64,000 nt of DNA from Opitutia bacterium (GTDB lineage Bacteria; Verrucomicrobiota; Verrucomicrobiia; Opitutales; T3Sed10-336), in the NCBI GenBank assembly GCA_050506795.1, contig JBJHCF010000001.1, positions 224,001 through 288,000 of the forward strand. The letters are read 5' to 3'. Below, piece after piece: positions 47,682-55,986 of the stretch. The position numbers and the translations under genes are program-made. The notes under the pieces were generated by a model that was not told the origin of the DNA, did not search any database, and saw nothing but the letters and a program-made list of their open reading frames with translations. The stretch's first letter is position 1. Each line of letters begins with the position of its first letter.

Positions 47682-47754
47682 CGGGATGGGGAAGCCCTCG
47701 AATCGTGAAGAATCCGCTACATTCCAATGATCAAGTGCAACTGGGCTATAAGTG

Positions 47755-49050
47755 TTAGGCCGGGCGGACGAAGCCCGGCAGCAGCGCCGCTCCTTCGAAG
47801 CGAGCCCGTTCACCGAGTTGGCGCCGGATGCGGAGGACCTCATTCCATTTCACCATTCGCTCGCTGCGGGCGAAAGAGCCGACCTTCAACTGGCCGGCAT
47901 TCGTGGCCACGGCGAGGTGCGCGATGAAGGCATCCTCGGTCTCACCCGAGCGCGCGCTGACCACCGGATTCCATCCCGCCTCTTGGGTGAGCCGAATGGC
48001 GTCGAGCGTTTCCGAAACCGTGCCGATTTGATTGAGCTTGATCAGGACCGAGTTGGCCATGCCTCCGGCGATGCCTTCCCGTATGCGGGCAAGGTTGGTC
48101 GTGAAAAGGTCGTCGCCGATGACCTGGATCCTTGCGCCGACTTCCTTCTGGAATTTCGTCCAGCCATCCCAATCGGTGTCGGCCAGCGGGTCTTCGATGG
48201 ATACGATCGGGTAGCGCCGGCACCAGTCGATCATCAGCTCCACGAATCCATCGGAGTCGAAACTTCGGTCATCGAGCCGGAGGCGATAGAGGCCGCTTTT
48301 TTCGTCGAAGAGATCGCTGGCGGCAATATCGAGCGAAATGGCGGCCTCCTTTCCGGGGGTGTAGCCGGCCTTCTCCATAGCGGCCAGAACGGTTTCAAAA
48401 ACCGCTTCGTTCGACGCGAACTCCGGCCAATAACCGCCCTCGTCGGCCAAGCCATAGCAGACGCCGCGGCTCTTCAGGATATCTCCGGCGGCGTGATAAA
48501 TGTTATGGCTGATTTCCAGCGTCTCTTCATAGCTTCGCGCTCCGGTCGCCACCACCATGAAATCCTGAACGTCCGTTCGCCAGTTCGCGTGCGCGCCCCC
48601 GCCTATGATTTGAATTTCGGGAAGAGGGAGGAGGTGGCCTTTCCCATCCCCGAGGTGTTGAAAAAGTGGAATGCCGCGGGCCTTCGCCGCCGCGTTCGCC
48701 ACAGCCATGGAAACGGAAAGGATCGTATTGGCACCGTGGCGCTCCTTGTTGGGCGTTCCGTCCAACTCGATCATCAGGCGATCGATGGCCTCCTGGTCGA
48801 ACACGTCGCGGCCGCGCAAGAGCGGCGCGATTTCCCGGTGGAGACAGTCGATCGCCTTGAACACCGATTTCCCGCGGAAGCGCGCCGGATCCTGGTCGCG
48901 CAACTCGTGCGCCTCGTATTGCCCGGTTGACGCGCCGGAGGGAGCGACCCCGCGCCCATGCAACCCGTTCTCCAGAAGCACTTCGCACTCGATCGTGGGA
49001 ACACCGCGTGAATCGAAAATTTGATAGGCAGAAATATCTTTGATTTGCAT
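47755..49050 (-). CDS. eno: Enolase-family protein (divergent paralogue)
   Basis: DSRGVPT, PSGASTG, DEGG, IEDP, GDDLF, IKLNQIG, RSGETED, RSER. Confidence 0.85.
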   Translation of the reverse strand: MQIKDISAYQIFDSRGVPTIECEVLLENGLHGRGVAPSGASTGQYEAHELRDQDPARFRGKSVFKAIDCLHREIAPLLRGRDVFDQEAIDRLMIELDGTPNKERHGANTILSVSMAVANAAAKARGIPLFQHLGDGKGHLLPLPEIQIIGGGAHANWRTDVQDFMVVATGARSYEETLEISHNIYHAAGDILKSRGVCYGLADEGGYWPEFASNEAVFETVLAAMEKAGYTPGKEAAISLDIAASDLFDEKSGLYRLRLDDRSFDSDGFVELMIDWCRRYPIVSIEDPLADTDWDGWTKFQKEVGARIQVIGDDLFTTNLARIREGIAGGMANSVLIKLNQIGTVSETLDAIRLTQEAGWNPVVSARSGETEDAFIAHLAVATNAGQLKVGSFARSERMVKWNEVLRIRRQLGERARFEGAALLPGFVRPA

Positions 49051-49081
49051 AAAGCCGTAGTCGGAAATGTGCGGGCCAAAG

Positions 49082-50104
49082 TCAGGCGCGAAGTACCGCT
49101 TCAGTGATCTGAAGGTCGTTCTCGAGCGATCGCCTGGGAGGGATCTTCGCGTCATGCAGTTTCTGATGATACGCACGAACGGCCTCCGCAGGGTCCAGGG
49201 CGTTATCGACCACTTCGCGCAGGAAGCGAACGAAAAGCAGAGGGGATTCGGCATCCTTGATCTTCCGGCCGTAGATGACCGCCCGGGCGCCGTATTTCCT
49301 GGCTTCGCTCACCAGTTTAAAGGCGTCGAGAGTGGTGCCGGATCCTCCTCCGAGAATTCCGACAACGACCGACGGATCATAATGCACCAATTCCTCCAGC
49401 CAACGAGGGCCGTTGTAGGGGATTTTCAGAAACTCGGGGCGCCCGCGGGGGCCGATGCCGGCCAGGGCGCGCACCAGGCAGTCGTTGACAAAAGCGGGAA
49501 TCTTCTCGTCCGGAACACCGCAGGCCACGTTGGGATTGAAGACCTCGAGCATGTAGTGAAACCCATTCAGTTCGGCTTCCTTCCGAAAGGCCTTGAACGC
49601 GTTCATACTGGCGAGATCCGCCTCGAGGTCGTTTGTGAACGTGATTGAGTACAGGCCGAGGTTCACCGTCGGAGGGGACTCACCGCGCATTCCAAGTCCG
49701 CCGTACTGCGCCTCTTCGATGAAGCTGCTGGCAAAGGGAAGCGAAGGTCTTTGCCGGTAGCTTGCGCCGCGGCCCTCCCACTTATCGGTGCTGTCGTTGG
49801 CGCGAACGGCGGGAGTCACATCGGAACCGTCGAACAAGCGTTCGTCGAACGCCAATCTTCCCATCACCGAGGTGGAGGTAAGCATGATGTCGACAAGTCC
49901 TTGCCTGACGATTTCACGGATCTGTTCGAGGAACTCCGGCAGACTGCGCCGGCGGTTCGGATCGTCCCTTTCGTCGGGCCAGGGTTTCCCCAGACTCGGG
50001 ATGCCCCAGGCCATATCCGCATCCTTGGCGTCCGCGATGATGAATTCTCCGCAATCGGGGTTCTGGCGGAGCTGCTCCAGTTTATTCCTTAGTCGTTCCT
50101 TCAT
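49082..50104 (-). CDS. Uncharacterised class I aldolase-like protein
   Basis: LEVFNP, FLKIPY, ILGGG and YGRKI resemble DhnA/LacD-like barrel motifs; embedded in a sugar operon. Confidence 0.55.
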   Translation of the reverse strand: MKERLRNKLEQLRQNPDCGEFIIADAKDADMAWGIPSLGKPWPDERDDPNRRRSLPEFLEQIREIVRQGLVDIMLTSTSVMGRLAFDERLFDGSDVTPAVRANDSTDKWEGRGASYRQRPSLPFASSFIEEAQYGGLGMRGESPPTVNLGLYSITFTNDLEADLASMNAFKAFRKEAELNGFHYMLEVFNPNVACGVPDEKIPAFVNDCLVRALAGIGPRGRPEFLKIPYNGPRWLEELVHYDPSVVVGILGGGSGTTLDAFKLVSEARKYGARAVIYGRKIKDAESPLLFVRFLREVVDNALDPAEAVRAYHQKLHDAKIPPRRSLENDLQITEAVLRA

Positions 50105-51077
50105 GGCATTGCTTGAGAATGTGCGCCCTTAATTCCGGCGAGAGCGGGGCGGAGTCTTCCCGGGCGAGCGTGGCTCGCGTCGGCAAAGCCGTTCTGCCGC
50201 CGAACTGCAGCGCCACCTTCGCGGCGATCCAGGAAGCGAACTCCATACGAAGCGGGAGCGGGAGGCCATCCAGAAGGGCACTGGCATAGGCCCCGTGATA
50301 CGCGTCGCCGCATCCGGTCGTATCCAATGCCCTGACGGAAAACGCCGGTTGATGGTGGACGCCGTCGGGAGTCAATGCCCAGGATCCCTCCGTGCCGTCG
50401 GTGACGATCAACTGAGCCCGGGTGTGCCGGGCCAGTTGCCGGAGGACTTCCGCGGTCCCGGTTTCCCCGGTCAGGCGTCGGGCGCCTTCGATCGGGAGGA
50501 TGGCGTGGCCGGCGTGCGCGAGCAATTTGAGAAGCGTTTCCGGATCGCCCGCTTCGATATCGAGCACGGAAGGAATGCCGTGTTTTGCGGCCGACTCCAG
50601 CACCGTCGATGCGGCCTCCGCTTCGTAGCCGTCCACCAGGACGAGTTTCGCCGTCCGAATCGCATCCGCGGGTATATCTTCGCGCCGCAAGAAACGGTAG
50701 CCGGTCAGATTGTAAAAAACCGTCCGTTCGCCGGTCGCCGGATTAACCTGAACGACGGACACTCCGGGCCGGGCGTGCAGATCGTCGATGAGAAGGTCCC
50801 GGCTGATCCCGCAGCGCTCCATTTCGGCCCGCGCGATCCGGCCGATCGTGTTGTCGCCGATCCGGGCCACGTGGGCCGTCTTCCACCCGAGCGATGCCAG
50901 CGTGGCGGATGCGTTCGCGGCCGGGCCGCCGCCGGTGATGTTCAGAGAGCGAACCTCGTGTTTTTCGTTTGGGATTACCGATTCAGGCAGCTGCACGAGC
51001 ACGTCGACCACAACCAGCCCGGTTACCACGATTTCATGAGACGATGTTTCTGTCACGATTCGATCTCCGATTACCAT
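50082..51077 (-). CDS. PfkB-family carbohydrate kinase
   Basis: GGGPAANAS and DTTGCGDAYHG signatures. Confidence 0.9.
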   Translation of the reverse strand: MVIGDRIVTETSSHEIVVTGLVVVDVLVQLPESVIPNEKHEVRSLNITGGGPAANASATLASLGWKTAHVARIGDNTIGRIARAEMERCGISRDLLIDDLHARPGVSVVQVNPATGERTVFYNLTGYRFLRREDIPADAIRTAKLVLVDGYEAEAASTVLESAAKHGIPSVLDIEAGDPETLLKLLAHAGHAILPIEGARRLTGETGTAEVLRQLARHTRAQLIVTDGTEGSWALTPDGVHHQPAFSVRALDTTGCGDAYHGAYASALLDGLPLPLRMEFASWIAAKVALQFGGRTALPTRATLAREDSAPLSPELRAHILKQCHEGTTKE

Positions 51078-52582
51078 CAACCGCTTAGCCCGGACGGCCC
51101 TGTCGGTTTGGTATCCGCGGAAATCGACGCGACACCCAACCAGTGGTTCAGCATCTCCAGGTCGGCGGCCAAGTGACCGTACCCGAGGCTCCAGTGATGG
51201 TCGAGTCCGCGACTCAATATCGTTCCCATAATCCGGTCGGCGGTCAGCGGCGGGCGAGGTTCCATTAGGCACCAGGCGCCGCGGAAGGGCATTTCCGTAT
51301 CCACCAGGTCCCCTTCGAAAGCGAACATGTGTCCGGCATCCGGCGCCTGATAGCGGGCCACGGTTACCGGTCCCAACTCCAGGAGAAACTCGATCATCAT
51401 GCCCACGGCGCTTTCCCGGTCGCCGTTCTCAAGAATGGAGTGACGGGTCAGGTCGAAATTCGTACCGGATCGCAGGATACGCGAGGGGCACGCTCCGCAG
51501 TGCCAGATTCCGATCCGGTTCTCAGCGGAATTGTAGGCGGAGAGATCCATCATGGTCGGAATCGAACGCCCTTCGCTCAACAGATAGAGGGCAAGCGAGG
51601 ACAGAATGCCGTTCATTTCTCCCTCTTCCGCGGTGCAGAATCCGGCGTCGTTCAGGATCGATACCGCGCAGTCAATGGCGCACCCGTAGTGCTCGAAAAG
51701 CTCGGGCCAGCTTTTAAAGGTGCAACCCAGGTAATCGCCCTCGGCGCCCATCTTCCAGAGCGCCAGCGCGAAACGCAGGGTGCGAAGCGCCTGTTCGTCG
51801 GGCACATCGCGTTTGCCGAGGCGTTTATCCTCCACCAGCACCCGGAGCAGTTCCGTAACCACTTTCTCGGAGAACGCGGAGGCTTCGGCGTGAACGGCGG
51901 ACAAATCGAGCCGGTCGAAACGCACGCCGAAACGTCGCATCACCGCCAACTCGTCGGTTTCCCCGTCGTAGAACGCCGGAACGCGGGACCCGCCCGCATG
52001 CAGTACTTTGGCCCCGGAGAATCTCTCCCTCGCCCGAACTGAACGGCCGAACCGGGTGATCGTATCCTCGATGGAACCCTCGACAGGAGAGTGCATCCAG
52101 GCGTACTTCACTCCGAGCCTTTGCCACATATTCAGGAGGAAATTCTGGCAACAAAGGCTGTTTGCCGAAAGCCGTTCAGAGGGAGGATCAGGGAATGACC
52201 AACTAAGCACGGGGACTCCGTGACGCTGAAGCCAGTGTCCGAATTGCGAGCCGATTTCCCCGGCCGTGTAGGATGCGTGAAAGAAAACGACGCCGGCCAG
52301 GCCGTTGCTCAGGAGCGCGGTCGCGCAGGAGATCAGTTCTTCGGGATCTTCGAACGGTTCGGGAGCCCGGATTATTTCGAAGTGCTCGCGGTTAAGAAGC
52401 TCCTCGACCCGTTCCACCGCGCGGTCGTAACGCGCACAGGCCTGATCGAACGGAAAATGAATCTTCACGCAGCAGGCAAGAACGGCGATTCGGGTCCGGG
52501 CCGGTTTTGGTCGCTCGGCAACCAGATCGCGCAACGCGGAGCCGGTCACTCCTTTTTCGGGCAGGTTCGGTATATTCAACAT
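51077..52582 (-). CDS. L-fucose/L-arabinose isomerase-family protein
   Basis: NSLCC, KSWPEL, EGEMNG, MDL, WHCG, DHHW motifs; operon context. Confidence 0.7.
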   Translation of the reverse strand: MLNIPNLPEKGVTGSALRDLVAERPKPARTRIAVLACCVKIHFPFDQACARYDRAVERVEELLNREHFEIIRAPEPFEDPEELISCATALLSNGLAGVVFFHASYTAGEIGSQFGHWLQRHGVPVLSWSFPDPPSERLSANSLCCQNFLLNMWQRLGVKYAWMHSPVEGSIEDTITRFGRSVRARERFSGAKVLHAGGSRVPAFYDGETDELAVMRRFGVRFDRLDLSAVHAEASAFSEKVVTELLRVLVEDKRLGKRDVPDEQALRTLRFALALWKMGAEGDYLGCTFKSWPELFEHYGCAIDCAVSILNDAGFCTAEEGEMNGILSSLALYLLSEGRSIPTMMDLSAYNSAENRIGIWHCGACPSRILRSGTNFDLTRHSILENGDRESAVGMMIEFLLELGPVTVARYQAPDAGHMFAFEGDLVDTEMPFRGAWCLMEPRPPLTADRIMGTILSRGLDHHWSLGYGHLAADLEMLNHWLGVASISADTKPTGPSGLSG

Positions 52583-52601
52583 TCTTGTTTCCCTTGGGAA
52601 T

Positions 52602-53624
52602 TCAAACACGTTGCAGAAAAGATTCAATCAATTCGGGAATGCGGTGCGGCGGCGAGCTCATCAATGCGGTCACCACCGCGCGCTGTTTGAGGCGCTCCTC
52701 GTGATCGAGGTACTCGAGCGGCGAGCGTCCGGCGACGCGGGCCAGGAGGCAGCCGAGGGTGTGGTGCACGCAGGCTTCGCGAAACTCCGGGACCGAGGCG
52801 GGAGGCCCCGCCGCTTCCGAGTATAAGCTCCAATACCGGAGCGCGGCTTGAGCGAGGATGGGACGGCGTTCGCGGAAGTGGTGGGCCTTGGAAAGAAGAT
52901 GGGTGAGCGAAAAGCCGACATCGAAGGCGGTGTCGCCATAGTGGATCACTTCGTGATCGAGCAGCACCAGCCGGTCGCCGCGCACCAGGATGTTCTTGGG
53001 ACTGAAGTCGCCATGGACCACGCCGCGCGTGGTACGCCGGGTGACGGCGATCAACCGGCGCAAGAATTCAGCCGCTGCCGGTACTTGTTCGGCCGCGTAT
53101 CCGTAGTAGGGTTCCAGACGAAGCGTCTCGAAAAACGACCGGTCCGCGAAGGTCTTCGCGGCGTCGGGATCGGAGGCCGAGTTGCGGTGAAGGGCGGCGA
53201 GAAGGGCGGCGAATCCGGCGATATGTGCGTCGGCCGGCGGAGCTGCCATCAGCAAATCCTTCCAGTTGCGGTGAGGTTCGGGGACCGCTTCCATGGCCAG
53301 AATATGATTTTCCTCGTCCAGGAAAATCAGTCGTGGCACCGAGCCCTCGGGCAACCAGCGGCCAAGCGCTTCCATGCCGCGGGCTTCCCGCTCGATCCTT
53401 CGCGGGTCGCTGAACCAATCGACGGCGGTACGCAGTTTTTTTAACGCCTGCTTCAGAACCCACGCTTCGCCCGAGGATCGGCGCACCAGGACGGTGCGGT
53501 TCGAAATCCCGCCGATGAGAGTTTCGGCAACCGGTTGCTCTCCGGGCGGAATTCCTCCCGACTCCTTCAGGTAGCGGAACAGGTCCTCGTGATTTTCAAT
53601 GTTCGTGCCAGTGCGCGTATCCAT
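52602..53624 (-). CDS. Aminoglycoside phosphotransferase / methylthioribose-kinase-like small-molecule kinase
   Basis: GGISN, VLKQAL, HGDFSPKNIL, LDHE. Confidence 0.85.
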   Translation of the reverse strand: MDTRTGTNIENHEDLFRYLKESGGIPPGEQPVAETLIGGISNRTVLVRRSSGEAWVLKQALKKLRTAVDWFSDPRRIEREARGMEALGRWLPEGSVPRLIFLDEENHILAMEAVPEPHRNWKDLLMAAPPADAHIAGFAALLAALHRNSASDPDAAKTFADRSFFETLRLEPYYGYAAEQVPAAAEFLRRLIAVTRRTTRGVVHGDFSPKNILVRGDRLVLLDHEVIHYGDTAFDVGFSLTHLLSKAHHFRERRPILAQAALRYWSLYSEAAGPPASVPEFREACVHHTLGCLLARVAGRSPLEYLDHEERLKQRAVVTALMSSPPHRIPELIESFLQRV

Positions 53625-54765
53625 ATTGACCTCTGTCATAATCAGGCTCCACCAGCGAACCTTCATGGTGGGAGCGCATGGTCGCTTCCCAGAGAATGTG
53701 ACTGCGGACCGCTTCCTCGGGCGTCACGCAGCCGAAGCGCTCTCCGAGAGTGCCGGCCCATTCGGCCGCGAAAGCGGCGAGCATCTGCTGAAAACAATCC
53801 GAAAATCCGAATTCGGTGATTCCCGGAGTTATCACTTTGAACGGAGGCGTGTTGCCCAGGTCCGTTTTCTGCCACCATTGTTCGCCGTCACAGAAGAACC
53901 GCCACAGGGTTTTGGGTTCCTTGGTGCTGAAACGGTAACACGAATCGACTCCGTACACTTCGAGAAACCAGGTGTCCGTTTCCCCGGGGGCGACCCGCTT
54001 CAGTTCAATGGAAATCGGCACTGAGGTTCCACGGGCATCCGAGAAAATGCCGTCGATCAGGGCGTTTTCCCAGGTGTCGCAGGGTGCCATACCGCCTCTG
54101 CCGTCCGGGCGTTCGTCGACCACCTTTTGCAGCCGTCCGTACACCTGGGTGGGAGCCCATCCCAATCTCATGGGAATATGCACGGCATGCATACCCAGGT
54201 CGTTCATCACTCCGGCGGCCCCGCAGTACTCGATCCGGCGTTTCCAATTGATGGGTTTTTCCGGATTCAGATCACTGGCGTGAAGGAATCCGCACCGGAC
54301 CTGCAGCAAACGCCCGCAGGCGCCGCTCTTGATCGCCTCGACAATTCTTTGCGGTCCCGGCCAGAAAGGGAATTCGGAGGAGATCCGGGCGAAACAACCG
54401 TGCTCGCGTATTTCCGCAACAATGCGTTCGGCCGCCCCGCGGTCCACTCCGAACGGCTTTTCGGCAAGCAGGGCCTTTCCCGCCCGTACAACCTCAAGAT
54501 AGATCTCCTCGTGGAGGTGATGAGGTACGGCCACGTAAACCGCGTCGACAAAATCGCAGGCCAACATTTCGTCGATTACGGTTGTCGTTTTCTGGACAGA
54601 CGGCAGGTTCTGAAACCATTCGAGGACCGCCGCATTACAATCGCAGACTGCGGTAAGCTCCGCTTTGACGCCGACATCCACCAGGTTGCACCAACGCGCC
54701 AGGGCCGATGCGGCCTCCCGGCCCATCAGCCCGCCGCCGATTATTCCGAGCCGGAGCGTTTTCAT
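53596..54765 (-). CDS. Gfo/Idh/MocA-family oxidoreductase
   Basis: LGIIGGGLMG Rossmann motif, AEKP, DLGMH. Confidence 0.9.
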   Translation of the reverse strand: MKTLRLGIIGGGLMGREAASALARWCNLVDVGVKAELTAVCDCNAAVLEWFQNLPSVQKTTTVIDEMLACDFVDAVYVAVPHHLHEEIYLEVVRAGKALLAEKPFGVDRGAAERIVAEIREHGCFARISSEFPFWPGPQRIVEAIKSGACGRLLQVRCGFLHASDLNPEKPINWKRRIEYCGAAGVMNDLGMHAVHIPMRLGWAPTQVYGRLQKVVDERPDGRGGMAPCDTWENALIDGIFSDARGTSVPISIELKRVAPGETDTWFLEVYGVDSCYRFSTKEPKTLWRFFCDGEQWWQKTDLGNTPPFKVITPGITEFGFSDCFQQMLAAFAAEWAGTLGERFGCVTPEEAVRSHILWEATMRSHHEGSLVEPDYDRGQYGYAHWHEH

Positions 54766-55616
54766 GCCTTTGCTCCGCTGTCGGTTGCGGCAAGATAGGT
54801 ATCCATGGCCCGATCCGCGGAGAAACTCTCGTGGAGCATCGCCATCAGCGCGCGGGTGATACCCTCGGGGTTAGTATGTTGGATCACGTTGCGACCGTAC
54901 ACGATTCCCGCCGCCCCTTGTTCCAGGAGTTCGCCGGTCCGTTGGAGGATTTCCCGGTCGCTGACCTTGCCTCCGCCGCGAACCAGCACCGGCACGCCTG
55001 CTGCGGTTTCGATGACCCGGTGATAATCCGCGGTGTCGTCCGTCGGGTCGGCCTTGATAACGTCGGCGCCCAGTTCCACCGCCTGGCGCACCAATCCGAG
55101 AATCTTGTTCAAGTCCCCGTCGCTCATGTAGCCGCCCGCTTCTTCGTTCGGTTTGAAGACCAGCGGTTCGATCATCAGAGGCATTCCGTAGCGATCACAC
55201 GTTGGCTGGAGGCGGGCGATCGAACGGATACATTGTTCGGTGAGCTCGTCGGCGCCGGGAACGCGCAACAGGTTGACCACCACGCAGGCGGCGTCGAGCC
55301 GCAACGCGGTCTCGACCGCTTCATCGACAGCGAAAGCAAAGGAGCGCGTCGGCAGCTTGCGTCCGTAGCAATTGGCGACATCAGTCCGCATTACCAGCGC
55401 CGGTTTCGGCCGCACGGGCATTGCCTGAAGCACGCGCGCCATTCCCGGAGCGAGCTGAATGGCGTCGGGAGCGGCGGCGAGAAGCTTTTCCAGGGCTTTC
55501 GGCAGGTTCTCGATTCCCCGGTGAAATTCCTGCTCACCGAAGAAACCGTGGTCCACGGCCACATCGAAGCAACGTTCCGTTGCGGGATTAAACAGTCGAT
55601 TCAGTCGGTATTTCAT
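54762..55616 (-). CDS. Class I aldolase (DhnA/LsrF family)
   Basis: AVDHG, MPLMIE, ELGADVIK, VRGGG, YGRNVIQ. Confidence 0.88.
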   Translation of the reverse strand: MKYRLNRLFNPATERCFDVAVDHGFFGEQEFHRGIENLPKALEKLLAAAPDAIQLAPGMARVLQAMPVRPKPALVMRTDVANCYGRKLPTRSFAFAVDEAVETALRLDAACVVVNLLRVPGADELTEQCIRSIARLQPTCDRYGMPLMIEPLVFKPNEEAGGYMSDGDLNKILGLVRQAVELGADVIKADPTDDTADYHRVIETAAGVPVLVRGGGKVSDREILQRTGELLEQGAAGIVYGRNVIQHTNPEGITRALMAMLHESFSADRAMDTYLAATDSGAKA

Positions 55617-55735
55617 ATTGGCTTTCCCCTGGACGGTACCGTCTCAAACTGCGGCGGCGTTTTGAACACTGTAACAGAGAACGGACGAAAGCGGCGACCC
55701 CGCTTCCTGGGTGTTTCGCGCACTTTCACCTTCGT

Positions 55736-55819
55736 ATTGCGGGTTCGCAACGATGTCCTTATGTTTACCGATAGATGAAGGCAACACCGGCCACCCGGAA
55801 CGAAATCGCGCGGGCGGCG
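55736..55819 (+). repeat. Degenerate direct copy of the promoter and first 15 codons of the LacI gene at 59569
   Basis: attgcgggttcgcaacgatgtccttatgtttaccgatagATGaag... (MKATPATRNEIARAA) versus 59530-59613 (MKEMPVTQNEIARAA). Confidence 0.8.
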
Positions 55820-55862
55820 ACCGCTGGGTGGAGGACAAGACAGTCAGGAAAGGAGAAAATCC

Positions 55863-55960
55863 TGGAACGAATGGCGGGGCGTTTAATCTATCGATAAATA
55901 CAAACTTTGAATTGCGGCTACGATAAAAAATTTCGTTCAAAGTCCGAAACGCCAAGGTGA
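55863..55960. repeat. Imperfect inverted repeat arm; partner at ~58925-59022
   Basis: Reverse complement GCAATTCAAAGTTTGTATTTATCGATAGATTAAACGCCCCGCCATTCGTTCC versus GCAAATCAAAGTTTATATTTACCGATAGATCAACCGTCCCGTCATTCGTTCC. Confidence 0.8.
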
Positions 55961-55986
55961 ACTCATCACGATCGGAAGATAGTAAA

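Noticed and set aside
49082..51077. Sulfoglycolysis (sulfo-EMP) assignment for the PfkB kinase and aldolase-like gene
   Set aside because: No recognisable sulfoquinovosidase, YihS-type isomerase or sulfolactaldehyde reductase; family-level similarity is not enough.
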